A stretch of 63,366 nt of DNA, the filler included, from Kipferlia bialata (lineage: Eukaryota), in NCBI GenBank assembly GCA_003568945.1. It is 7 parts of 7 records of this genome, joined end to end, with 100 filler letters (N's around TTAATTAATTAA, not from the genome) between each part and the next. Parts side by side here need not be neighbours in the genome. Positions count along the whole stretch, not along the records: positions 1 to 10,786 come from BDIP01001355.1; positions 10,887 to 21,669 come from BDIP01001356.1; 5 more parts are not named here. One strand, written 5' to 3'. The position numbers and the translations under genes are program-made. The notes beneath the pieces are model-generated. The model was not told where the DNA came from and did not search any database. It saw only the letters and a list, made by a program, of their open reading frames with translations. Position 1 is the first letter of the stretch; every line of letters starts with the position of its first letter. Positions 1-11,008 of the stretch are shown here, in pieces.

Positions 1-50
<50 letters not shown>

Positions 51-57
51 ACCCCAG

Positions 58-1880
58 ACTCTGGGTCTCTGTCTCTGTGCCGCACTCTGTTCAACTACTC
101 TGTGCTGCTCTCCTCTCTGTCCAAGAGGAGTGCAGACCCCCCCCTCTTCATGTGCCTAGACCCATCCACGCCAAGCCCAATGGCCAAGGTGGGTACAGTG
201 TGTGCACAGATTTGAATATAGAGTACATATATATATTAATATATACTCATGATATTCAAGTACCCAAGCCTAATGGTATAGGTAGGAACTCTATTAGTAG
301 TATCATAAGTATGTTCTCGTCTCTGCATACACCCACCCCAGTCTCTGTCCCTGATAGCTGCCAGCGATGTCCCCAGGCCCTTCAACCTGGCCACCCCCCA
401 CAGGCCCCATGCTGTGCTGCACCCCTTCTCAGACCTCATAGAGTCACAGGACCTGTACCTGGCACAGGTGTGCCTGCCTATACCTCCAATATATACTCTT
501 CAACCCCTCCCTCTCTCCCCTCCTCCCACCCCCAGGTCAGCACTCTGATCCAGCGTGCATCCAGACGCCTCATGAACGGGAGGAGAAATAGCAGGTGGGG
601 ACATGTCAGCTAAACAACTCATAATTAATGCTTGTATGAGGTCTAACTCCTTTCACTCCCTTGTGTGTCCAGTTGTGTCCTACACCGTTCCTTAACCCTC
701 AGGGGCGGTGCCATCTGCAAGCTGCCGAGTGTGTTGACACAGACAAGGCCTGGACGGGACCTGCTCATACAGGTGATGTATCTATACATAGTTGGAAGTT
801 GACTGCTAGGCTGTGACACTGCCTGACCTCACCCCCAGACCCTTGAAATTCTGAACCCTTCCCTTGTGCTGGTAGTCAACCACCCCCTGACAGCACACAT
901 TCTGAAGGAGAGGGGTTTCAACGTACGTGATTGTGTGTACATGTTAAAGTTTCAGTCATCTTGCATCGCAGGTCTCACTTTTGTATAGAGTATAAGTACT
1001 GTCTTGTCTATTGCTGGTAGTACCCCCCCTGACCCTAGGGCAAGGACTGCTCCAAGCTGGTCAAGAATGCACCGGACATGAGTGCGTTTGTCAGAGGTCA
1101 GTGGGCATATGGTGCTTGCACTACCCATACACAACACTATATATGGATAGTATCTCTGTCTGACCCCCAGGCCCAGAGATGAGGAGGAGAGAGAGACAGA
1201 ACAGTGTGAGGGAGTACTTCTGGGGACCATCGGGAGAGTTCACACCTATTAGGTTGGGATATAGTGTATATGCATACACATTTGTGTAGTTATACATTGT
1301 GACAACCCCCTCTGACCCCTAGAGTTCGGTGCAACATCGACTCCCTCCCCCTGTACAAGGCCATGCCCCCCCTGGACCAGAGTGCACTACCCATAGGGGA
1401 GGAGCCCATGCTCTGTGATGTGTCTAGAGTGACAGACATCACAGACATGAGGGGGCATGTACTGGCAGTCATCGCCATGCCAAACCCAAGGGGGGATAGG
1501 TGGGGTGGTGTATATGTTCTATGTGTGTGGTAATGAATGTTCCCATTCCTAACCCCAGGGTCAAGGTGGAGGGTGAGAAGGAGGATGCCGAGCCCCCCAC
1601 CATATCTGTCACGATGAGTGCACTCAGCAGCGGCACAGTGCTAGGGTACATATCGGTGTCAGAGGTGGGTGGGGTGTCTCTCAGACACACTCGTTGCCTC
1701 AGTCATTATAGTCCTCTCGTATCATCTCGATTAGTGCTATGCATATATATTCATTCCTTCTCGATTCACCCTCAGGCCAATGGTGAGACTGGCGATATCC
1801 AGTACCTGGCACCTAGGTCTGGCCCCTTACCTCCATCCTCAGTGCTGTTTGAGACAGGTCTAGTGTGGAACGGAGAGTGA
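58..1880 (+). CDS. CLP1: Clp1-like mRNA cleavage/polyadenylation factor (5'-partial, multi-exon)
   Basis: Spliced exons read DSGSLSLCRTLFNYSVL...PPLFMCLDP...GGAICKLPS...SPEMRRRERQNSVREYFWG...SALPIGEEP...GHVLAV...VLGYISVSE...YLAPRSGPLPPSSVLFETGLVWNGE*. These match Clp1 hallmarks (LCRxLLNYA, RRxxRxxxIREYFYG, SxLPLG, GFIxV, LSPxxxPLP). Confidence 0.88.
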
Positions 1881-2020
1881 GGACCAGTAATAGACAGTGG
1901 AGATAAGTTGTTTCGAGACATGAAACAAGGCGAATCTCCATCTCTGATTAGACTCAAACTCTCTCATTATCTATTGGAACTGATGACTATACATATACTA
2001 TAATATGGTGAACCACCCCC

Positions 2021-2725
2021 CTAGAAGAAGTCTGCCCCTGCATCATCGAGCATGTCCATCAGATCATCCCCCCCCTGGCCATCAGGTGCTGAGGCAAGGG
2101 GGGACCCCTCCCCCATCACACCGTCGAAGAGAGAGGGCCCCCTGTCTGGCTTGGGAGAGTGTGTGACCCTGGTGACTGAGGCCGAGTCATGGGGCACAAA
2201 GGATGCCCCCTCGTCCTCTGTGTCATCTGTGTCTAGGCCATCCAGCACACCCCCCTGCTCACCCTCAATGGCTAGGACAACGTCAATGTCAGCCTCATCG
2301 CCCTCCATGCCTGGGGTCAAGGGGGGGGATACATATACATATGGTACTGCACAGATGCACTATGTATACATACCTAGCACCAGGTTGCCAAGCCAGTCCT
2401 GGTCACTAGGCATCTGATCCTTGACAGGGGCTGGGGTCGCATCAGCTGCACCCCCCTCCTTCCTCTTGCCCCTGCCCATGTGCAGTGCGGCAGCTATCAG
2501 CGCAGAGTGGGTGGTGGTGGGGGTAGGGCCATCCCTAAGGTGAGGGAGGGGTATTGGATGCAAACACACACTTTACATAAATGAGACATTGATATCATAT
2601 GCAACAGACACAAGCACACAGCACATGTATATCATGACCATGCAGCCATTTCCGCACACCTGGTTGATGGGAATGATGGCGCTATCTGGTATATGTTGTT
2701 CCCAGCTGTCACCACCTGGTCATCC
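2021..2725 (-). CDS. Last three exons of an unknown protein with an acidic low-complexity C-terminus
   Basis: Minus-strand exons with canonical boundaries: DDQVVTAGNNIYQIAPSFPSTR / DGPTPTTTHSALIAAALH...WLGNLVL / GMEGDEADID...DDAGADFF*. The 5' part is lost at the poly-G run and N gap. Confidence 0.6.
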
Positions 2726-2791
2726 CTAACAACGGGGGTGAAACTGGGGGGTAAAGGGGGGGGGGGGGGGGGAAAAAAAAAAACAACCCCT

Positions 2792-3705
2792 NNNNNNNNN
2801 NNNNNNNNNNNNNNNNNNNNNNNNNNNNNNNNNNNNNNNNNNNNNNNNNNNNNNNNNNNNNNNNNNNNNNNNNNNNNNNNNNNNNNNNNNNNNNNNNNNN
2901 NNNNNNNNNNNNNNNNNNNNNNNNNNNNNNNNNNNNNNNNNNNNNNNNNNNNNNNNNNNNNNNNNNNNNNNNNNNNNNNNNNNNNNNNNNNNNNNNNNNN
3001 NNNNNNNNNNNNNNNNNNNNNNNNNNNNNNNNNNNNNNNNNNNNNNNNNNNNNNNNNNNNNNNNNNNNNNNNNNNNNNNNNNNNNNNNNNNNNNNNNNNN
3101 NNNNNNNNNNNNNNNNNNNNNNNNNNNNNNNNNNNNNNNNNNNNNNNNNNNNNNNNNNNNNNNNNNNNNNNNNNNNNNNNNNNNNNNNNNNNNNNNNNNN
3201 NNNNNNNNNNNNNNNNNNNNNNNNNNNNNNNNNNNNNNNNNNNNNNNNNNNNNNNNNNNNNNNNNNNNNNNNNNNNNNNNNNNNNNNNNNNNNNNNNNNN
3301 NNNNNNNNNNNNNNNNNNNNNNNNNNNNNNNNNNNNNNNNNNNNNNNNNNNNNNNNNNNNNNNNNNNNNNNNNNNNNNNNNNNNNNNNNNNNNNNNNNNN
3401 NNNNNNNNNNNNNNNNNNNNNNNNNNNNNNNNNNNNNNNNNNNNNNNNNNNNNNNNNNNNNNNNNNNNNNNNNNNNNNNNNNNNNNNNNNNNNNNNNNNN
3501 NNNNNNNNNNNNNNNNNNNNNNNNNNNNNNNNNNNNNNNNNNNNNNNNNNNNNNNNNNNNNNNNNNNNNNNNNNNNNNNNNNNNNNNNNNNNNNNNNNNN
3601 NNNNNNNNNNNNNNNNNNNNNNNNNNNNNNNNNNNNNNNNNNNNNNNNNNNNNNNNNNNNNNNNNNNNNNNNNNNNNNNNNNNNNNNNNNNNNNNNNNNN
3701 NNNNN
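2792..3705. other. Scaffold gap (N run)
   Basis: Run of N flanked by homopolymers. Confidence 0.99.
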
Positions 3706-3754
3706 TAATTTTTTTTTCTTTTCCCCCCCCCCCCCCCCCCCCCCCTTACTCCAG

Positions 3755-6700
3755 GCATTCTCGAGGCCCTCATTAACTGTGCCATCGCTGCATCCAGGTG
3801 CAACAACGGAGAGCTGAGCATGGCCCTGTTCAGGGTGGGTGGATATATATAAATATATATATATATATGTATATATGTGTGTATTTCCATATATATGTGG
3901 CCCTGTTCAGGGTGGGGGGAGCTGTAGGATATGCATATATGTATACATTGTAGTACATATATATATACAAACATGGCCCTGTTCAGGGTGGGGATGTATA
4001 TATATATATATATACGCTAATATGAATATGGATATATATATATACAAGTATGGATATGGCCCTGTTCAGGGTGGATTTACTACCTGTATATGCATTCTAT
4101 TAGTCTAGCTCGGTATGGTGATCCCTCAACCCGTGAATACTAGGCTTCTTCTAATGGTAGGATACGTTCAAGAGGATGAAGACATATGCAGATGACCGAA
4201 GACAAAACGGCGTTCCCATGGTGAGTGTGTGTGATACCTTTTTAGGGTTGCTATTGTGTTAGAGGTATACGCTGACTACTGGCATTGGTAGGACAGTCCC
4301 ATTGATACTCATTTATGTGTATTGTATTTGTGCCATGTTCATTTTGGTGATCTTACACGTGTCTTCATACACACGTGGTTATACTGTGTGTGTATATTTA
4401 TACAGTACCCATATTAGTATTATTAATTACTAATCTTTGAGTGTCATTTGTCCGCTCACCCCCAGTATATCCGGGAGTACCACACCAGGGGTACAATTGA
4501 GTGGTCCATTCAGCTGGACAGGTATGCATATACATGTATATATGTAAATGTATATATATGTGTATACAGAGAGAGAGAGAGACTGTCTCCCCTTACCCCA
4601 GGTGCTATGGAGGCACCATGCCCCTAGCTGGATACTCTGTCCTGCGGGACTGCTGGGAGAGGTGAGGGAGGGATATATAGTCCAAAGTGTGGTGTCAAAA
4701 ATAGTCTCTTGTCTATTAGTATTCTACGTCTGACCTCCCAGGGTGTGTATGTCTCTCAGGTACACCCAGCCAGACGCAGACCGCCCTCTGTTCGATCTAG
4801 AGATGTCACTGGTGAGTATATGCTTCTCTATGCGCATGTCCAAGTGGTATAGTACTGATGCCATAACCAATATCACTGCTCTCACTGTAGGTGCGTCTTC
4901 TGCTCCTGGTTGAGGACACCGGCAAGGCCTGGAAGTGGTTAGGTGGGAAGAGACATCAACCAGTTCATTGTTTAGAGTGAATCATGTCTTCATCCCGAAT
5001 TGGCCACGGTTTCAGAGTTGTCTCTGTACTTACCCCAGCCACCATCCGCGCCGAATTGATTTCCGACCGCAACATCCTGTGCACCCGGTGCCATACGAGT
5101 GAATACAGGAAGGACAACACCCACACCGTCAACGTATTGACAGGTAACGGAATAGTCCATGTTGGGAGCTACGTACTATATTACCGCATCCCCGTGTAAC
5201 TGTTCCATCCCTCTGACCCTAGATAGACTGGAGACCCTGACCAGCATCCTCACCAAGTCCTACATCGACAGGGGGATGTTTGGGGAGGCAGCCGCAGCCT
5301 ATATGAAGCTAGCAGGACTCAAGGTGAGACGTTATGTCATATGTATAGTCCCTATCTTGTAGTACTAGGGCCTTACTGTTAGTCTATTGTATGTACCCTC
5401 ACCCCAGGACCTCGTTAACTGTGTGCATGGGAGAGAGATCAAGGGCCGGGCCATCTATGATGCCGCAGAGTGCATGATTAGGGCGGGGAGGTACTATATA
5501 TATATATATACGGGTCAAGTGGGCAGAAGAGAGATATTGTATGTCACAGGATAATGTGTATTGCCACAGCAGTGTCACCTTTGATACCTGACTAACACAG
5601 GTATGATGAGGCCCGAGGCTACTTCAAGCAGAGTTGTGCACAGTCCTGGTCGGGAGGTACGGTATCGGTAGACCGTTAATAGGATACCGCCTAGAACTGA
5701 GTACTTCACCTACTCTTCATATATCGTGTATCATATCATATATCCCTCACCCGTCAGCAGAAGAGCAATCCACGTATCTCTCTGTGGTCGATGGCCTAGA
5801 TGCCGCAGACCAGGTACATGCCAATGCACGCAATACTACTGCTCTATTATACCCACTAGTACATGTCCTCTGATTGGTGTGTAAGTGGTGTGATTTCGAC
5901 TCACCTCAGCATGTCTCTCTAGCCGCTAGGAATGTTCTGAGGGGCAGAGATAACGATACACTCAGGTAGTGTCAGTCAACCCCATACCCTACCGTGTTGG
6001 CCGTGTGACCACTTCAATATATCCCTCACCCCCAGCATAGGAGAGTGCATCCGGTGCTTCGACAGACTGGATCAGCTCGAGGAGCCATTCGGTGCTGGAA
6101 TTCCTCAGGCTCTCAAGGTACTTGGACTTGTATGTGTCTATCCACCAATTATCATTGTATTCCCCCTAGCGCTAGGACCCTTACCCCTAGGTTCTGACCA
6201 CCCTCTGTGACGTTGTCCCTGCCGCCCATGACCTGTATAAGGTATGTGTGTGTATATGGTATGTGTATAAGGTACCCACATCACACTGTTGACCGGTGTG
6301 AGTATGTATGCGCACGAGCTACGTCGGTATGGACGCATAATCATCACGCCACTGTATTTCAGGTACAATAGCATCATACGTATTCGTATATATGTTTGTA
6401 ACCTGTGTAGACTCATGCCAGCGTCTCCTGGAGAGAGCTGGGGGCCTTGGGGGTGGGGATGGAGGCGACCCTGAGCACACGACACTCACACTGGGCACTC
6501 TGCTGATCGACATGTACCTCTGGATGGTGAGTGGGGCTTGGTGTATATATATATATATATATACATGTATACGATATAGATATTCCACCTATCCTTATAC
6601 CCAGGCAGAGATGTACATTGCCCTACGGTGTGTCTCCCAGGACGCTCCCCATCTACGTGTATCGGGTGCATCCTCTCTGTCTAAGCTGGTCCACAGCAAG

Positions 6701-9700
6701 AGACCCGCCCCCACCCCTAGGGAGATGCTCAAGGAGGCAGGTGCGGCACGATGAGATATATGCCGGGGAGGGGGAAGCTTATTCGTGGCTAATGTGTGTT
6801 GTTATTCCTTAGTACCGTGGTCTATGAATATATATTGTATGGTGATTACTAATACTTGTCCCGTATAGACCATGTTGCCTCACTGCCAGAGCGCATGGCC
6901 GTGTATGCCCTCGGTGTCTTTGAGGGACTGCCCGAGGAGCACAGATCAGTCTCTATCAGCAACGTTATGCTTGCGGTACAGGTACCTATATAGCCTCTCG
7001 ATGTTGTGTATGTGTGTATATATGTGTGTGTCACACTTCTATTTATATGTTTCATTCCACAATGTGCCCCTCTCACCTCAGCACTACACCCGTGCTCTCT
7101 ACCTCCACAGATCCTTTGGTACCAAGGAGCCCCTCTACTCTCACAGTGTTTCTGGCATTGCTGGGAGGGATGCCGAGAACCGCACCACGTCGTTCTACAA
7201 GGTACAAGGGGCACCGTCCACTCACACACTACTTAGTGTCGATGGCATTTGACAGTTCTTTGCCATCAGAGATGTGCATGTGTTCCATTCACTCCTGTAT
7301 ATCCTGTCTCACCCTCTCAGTCCTGCCATGCCCTTGACTGTGTGGAGACATCACCAGCCGTGGCCGCAACGTAAGTGATCTATTTGCTCTGTATATTCAG
7401 TCATACAAGTGTGAGTGAATGTGATTTGCGTAATGTGACACTCAAGAGTTGTTAGTATACACATCTATCCCATCTTACCCACCAGTCTTGCCAACAAGGT
7501 CTGCGGAGTCCTTGAGAGAGTCGTCACAGCATACCCTAGGGCTGACGCATTCTTCCAGTACAGGTGTGTGTGCTATTGTCTCTGTCCCCACAGGATAATG
7601 TGGTCGTATATAATGGTATACTCTTAGCCAACACCTCCCCCCCCCCTTCCCGCTGACCCCCTAGACATGATGATGGTGAGGATGTGAAAGAGGATGATAC
7701 CGACACCAACTGGTGGTACCACACACTGAGGTACAGGGAGGCTGCATGGGACTCTTGTGTACTCGGTCCACTACCCTATTGGTACTCGTCTGTGACAGAT
7801 GATGGGCAGACACACTGTATATACTTACCCCCCCCCCCCTCACAACAGGGTACTGACCAACGACCTCAAGGCTGCGGAGCTCGAGGCAACTGACACAGCA
7901 CCCATCTCGGCCACCATTAGAAGGTATCTATACCAGCATACAAGCCATTGCGATCCAAGTTGGTGGATAGGGTAGAGTGGTTACACTGATGGTATTTCAC
8001 TAACATGCCTCAGTGTCTTCTGATAGTCAGTCCCTCACCCATAGGCTCAAGACCTTCATCGATCTCGATGTCCCCCCCTCTCTCAGGCAGTCTCTCACCC
8101 TCCGCATGGTCCCCCCTGAGTTGTTCATGCCTCATGTCAAGGGCCGGTTCTCGCAAAAGTACGTGGTGGTTCCATATACTCTCTTGTGGCTCTCTCTCTC
8201 TCTCTCATGCCCTTGGGGCATATGCCCTTGCGATGCACGTCTCATCTCAGTGATATGCGCACCCTTCGCTTTGGCACCATCACCACCATGAAGGCCATTC
8301 AGAAGGGCCAGGAGCCATCCGGGTATGTATATTGATAGATAGATAGATGGTTGTGTGTATCGTACTTGTCTGCTCCTTGTACTGTGTTTTGCAGTGACGC
8401 AGTTCAAGGGCACTGATGATATCCTCTCAGTATACTGATGCATCACCACATACCCACACCCAGCGCTGCCGAGTCCGGTAGAGGGGGCAGACCCAGGAGC
8501 CCACAGCAGTGGAAGACCCAGTCTAGGAGGACCAAGGTGATACAGTCCCCTGAGAGTGAGAGTGAGGAGACAGAGGCAGAGGAGAGCGAGAGCGAGGACG
8601 TCACCTTCCAGCCTACACAGCCTAGACGTAGACTCAAGAGGAGGAGTGAGAGAGTACTAGATGATAGTGATGAGGATGATGAGGAGTCTGGGGGTGTCGG
8701 TGGTGTGGTGTCTGACCCCGAGGAGGACTGGGAGGGAGGGGGTATCACTCCAGACATGCCCAGTAGCAGCAGGGAGGGAGGGGGAGGGAGGGAGAGAGAG
8801 AGGACCAGGCCTGTCCGTGGGTGCCGAGGGGGTACGCGTGCCAACCCAGCCAAGAGGGGTAGGGGTACAGGGGCTGGGGGTGATGAGAAGAGCAGGCTGC
8901 AGAGAGAGAGAGAGGAGGCTGAGTATCAGATGGCGGATGCCACTGGGGAGACAGAGGAGGACGAGGAGAGTGACACCAACACCATGGACGCTGCCAGTGG
9001 CCTTGATGATGGTGCCCCTGGGTTCGATACCTTCATCAGTGAGGAGGACAGGAAGCTGCAGGAGACCCTGGAAGAGAGAGAGATGGCTGAGAGACGAGCC
9101 GCAGGGGAGAGGTCAGACGATACCTGGGACAACCCCTACATGATCGAAGAGTGAGTGCCTGTTCTGAAACACTCTATTTATGTACTGTCTCTCATTCACG
9201 CTTTTGGTTCATATACCATACTTCGTAGTACTCTATCTGTCTTGACCAAGTGTCTCACCCTAGGGAGAGGCGGGACATCTCTGAGAACCTGATATATATG
9301 AGACGGACCCAGATGGCCAGAAAGAGACAGGCCTGTGTAGACCCTGATGTGAGAGGTGAGGAGGGAGACATGGGAGACATGCAGCCTAGCAACAAGCGCA
9401 CCAGCTCCCCCAGCTCAGGCAAGCCCCCCGTCGACTATACCCTGAGTGGGCAGCAGCTCAGAGCCGTGGAGGCCTCTTACGCTGCTGGGGTCCCTGTAGA
9501 CCTCCTCGCCAGGCTGGCCTGTGACCCCCAGAACACTGCCAGGGAGAGGGACATGGAGCTATACGACCCTAGGATAGGGAGGGCCAGGGAGCAGGGGGGG
9601 ACATCGGGTGGCATGATGGTGATATCAAGGGAGTACATCAACGAGAATATAGGTGGGTGGTACATATGGAATGGATGTACACAAGTACCTTTGTCTGATG

Positions 9701-10651
9701 TAACTACCTCTCACCCATCAGAGCTTGATGTCGACTTCTGGACTGGTCTGTCCAATGTGGAGTCCCTGTCCATGGTGGACTGTCCCTTGCACTTCGGCAC
9801 CCTCATCTCACCCCCTCCCTCCATGACACACCTGCGTATAGACAGGTGCTCAATGACAATGGGCGATGCATGCAGGTGCGAGAGTTACCGTATATATTCG
9901 TTTATCCCTCCACGTTGTGTACGTATGCTCCCCCTTCACTCTAGGCTTCTGTCTCTGCTCCCAGACAGTATGAACACAGTAGTCTTCAGGGGCATCATGG
10001 GAGGGGAGGTGGGGTGACAGCAGACCAGAACAGCCATAGTCTCTCCATATCCTTGTATTACCCTGTGTATTCTCTACTCTATACTCTCCCTGCCCCATCT
10101 CACCCCCAGTCCTCCAGGCCCTCCTCTCTCTCTGTCCCTCTCCAGACCCAGAGTGTCCTATCCCTGACCACCCTTGACCTGGCTGGGTCACGGCTGGGTC
10201 CCCTGCCTGCTCAGGTATGAAGTAGTTTGTCCATATATTGATATACATTCGGAATGTGTAATTCTGGTTGTGTATCTGCGGCACTCACCCCTAGGTTGCC
10301 CAGCGTCTGCGGGTCAAGGACCTTGTCCTCCGGGGTTGCTCGGGGGTGCTGCCCTTCATACAGAGTCTGCACCCCAGGAGTGTGTCGGGCAGGCTGGACA
10401 TCAGTCAGTGGGAGGTGGGTGCATGGATGTGGGCAGATACTTATATGGAGTGTTTGTTGTTATGTAGTATTGTGTTGGTATACTCTGGCAACCATTTCCT
10501 ACAGGATATCCCCAGTATCCTCATTCTACGCCATGTCTCCTGTCTGACCCCCAGCACCCAGCAGGGGAGGCCTACCAGGTGAGAGACGCGGCGTCAGTGG
10601 ACTCACACCGGGACGAGCTCCTGTGTGGGGCACTCAGTAGCCAGGCAGTAG
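3755..10651 (+). CDS. Large multi-exon protein: alpha-helical TPR-like region, acidic/disordered linker, C-terminal LRR-like region (partial at both ends)
   Basis: TPR-like exons (GMFGEAAAAYMKL, GRAIYDAAECMIRAGEYDEARGYFKQS) splice in frame through ...RFSQ/NDMRTLRFGTITTMKAIQKGQEPSG/AAESGRGG into the acidic 8464-9150 exon. LRR-like exons follow (LSNVESLSMVDCP, SMTHLRIDR, SLTTLDLAGSRLG, VKDLVLRGCS, LDISQWE). Confidence 0.65.
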
Positions 10652-10786
10652 GTATAGAGAGTGTTGACTGTATAATCGCCTGTCTCTCTCTCTCTCTTGC
10701 TTTGTTGTCAAAGTGCTTTGTTGCCCCATGTAGCCCAGTACCCCCCCCCCCCCCCCCCCCCCCCCCACCCCCCCCCCCCCACCCCC

Positions 10787-10886
10787 NNNNNNNNNNNNNN
10801 NNNNNNNNNNNNNNNNNNNNNNNNNNNNNNTTAATTAATTAANNNNNNNNNNNNNNNNNNNNNNNNNNNNNNNNNNNNNNNNNNNN
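10787..10886. other. Artificial contig linker N44-TTAATTAATTAA-N44
   Basis: Identical 100-nt linker with stops in all frames. Also at 21670-21769, 32540-32639, 43395-43494, 54127-54226 and 58728-58827. Confidence 0.98.
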
Positions 10887-11008
10887 ATCTATTTATCCCT
10901 AACCCTCCAGTCCGTTGTGCACTCCTCTGGCATCAATGAGTAATTATACACCTCACCATTCTATATTTACATCTCTACCTATATCTGTCTATACCTCTAA
11001 CCCTCCAG

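Noticed and set aside
2693..3974. Long ORFs full of X (also 14115-15170 and 26163-27428)
   Set aside because: They are artefacts of translating through N gaps.
10787..10886. Recurring TTAATTAATTAA motif within N runs as a biological repeat
   Set aside because: It is an identical 100-nt artificial linker joining unrelated contigs, so gene neighbourhoods across it are meaningless.
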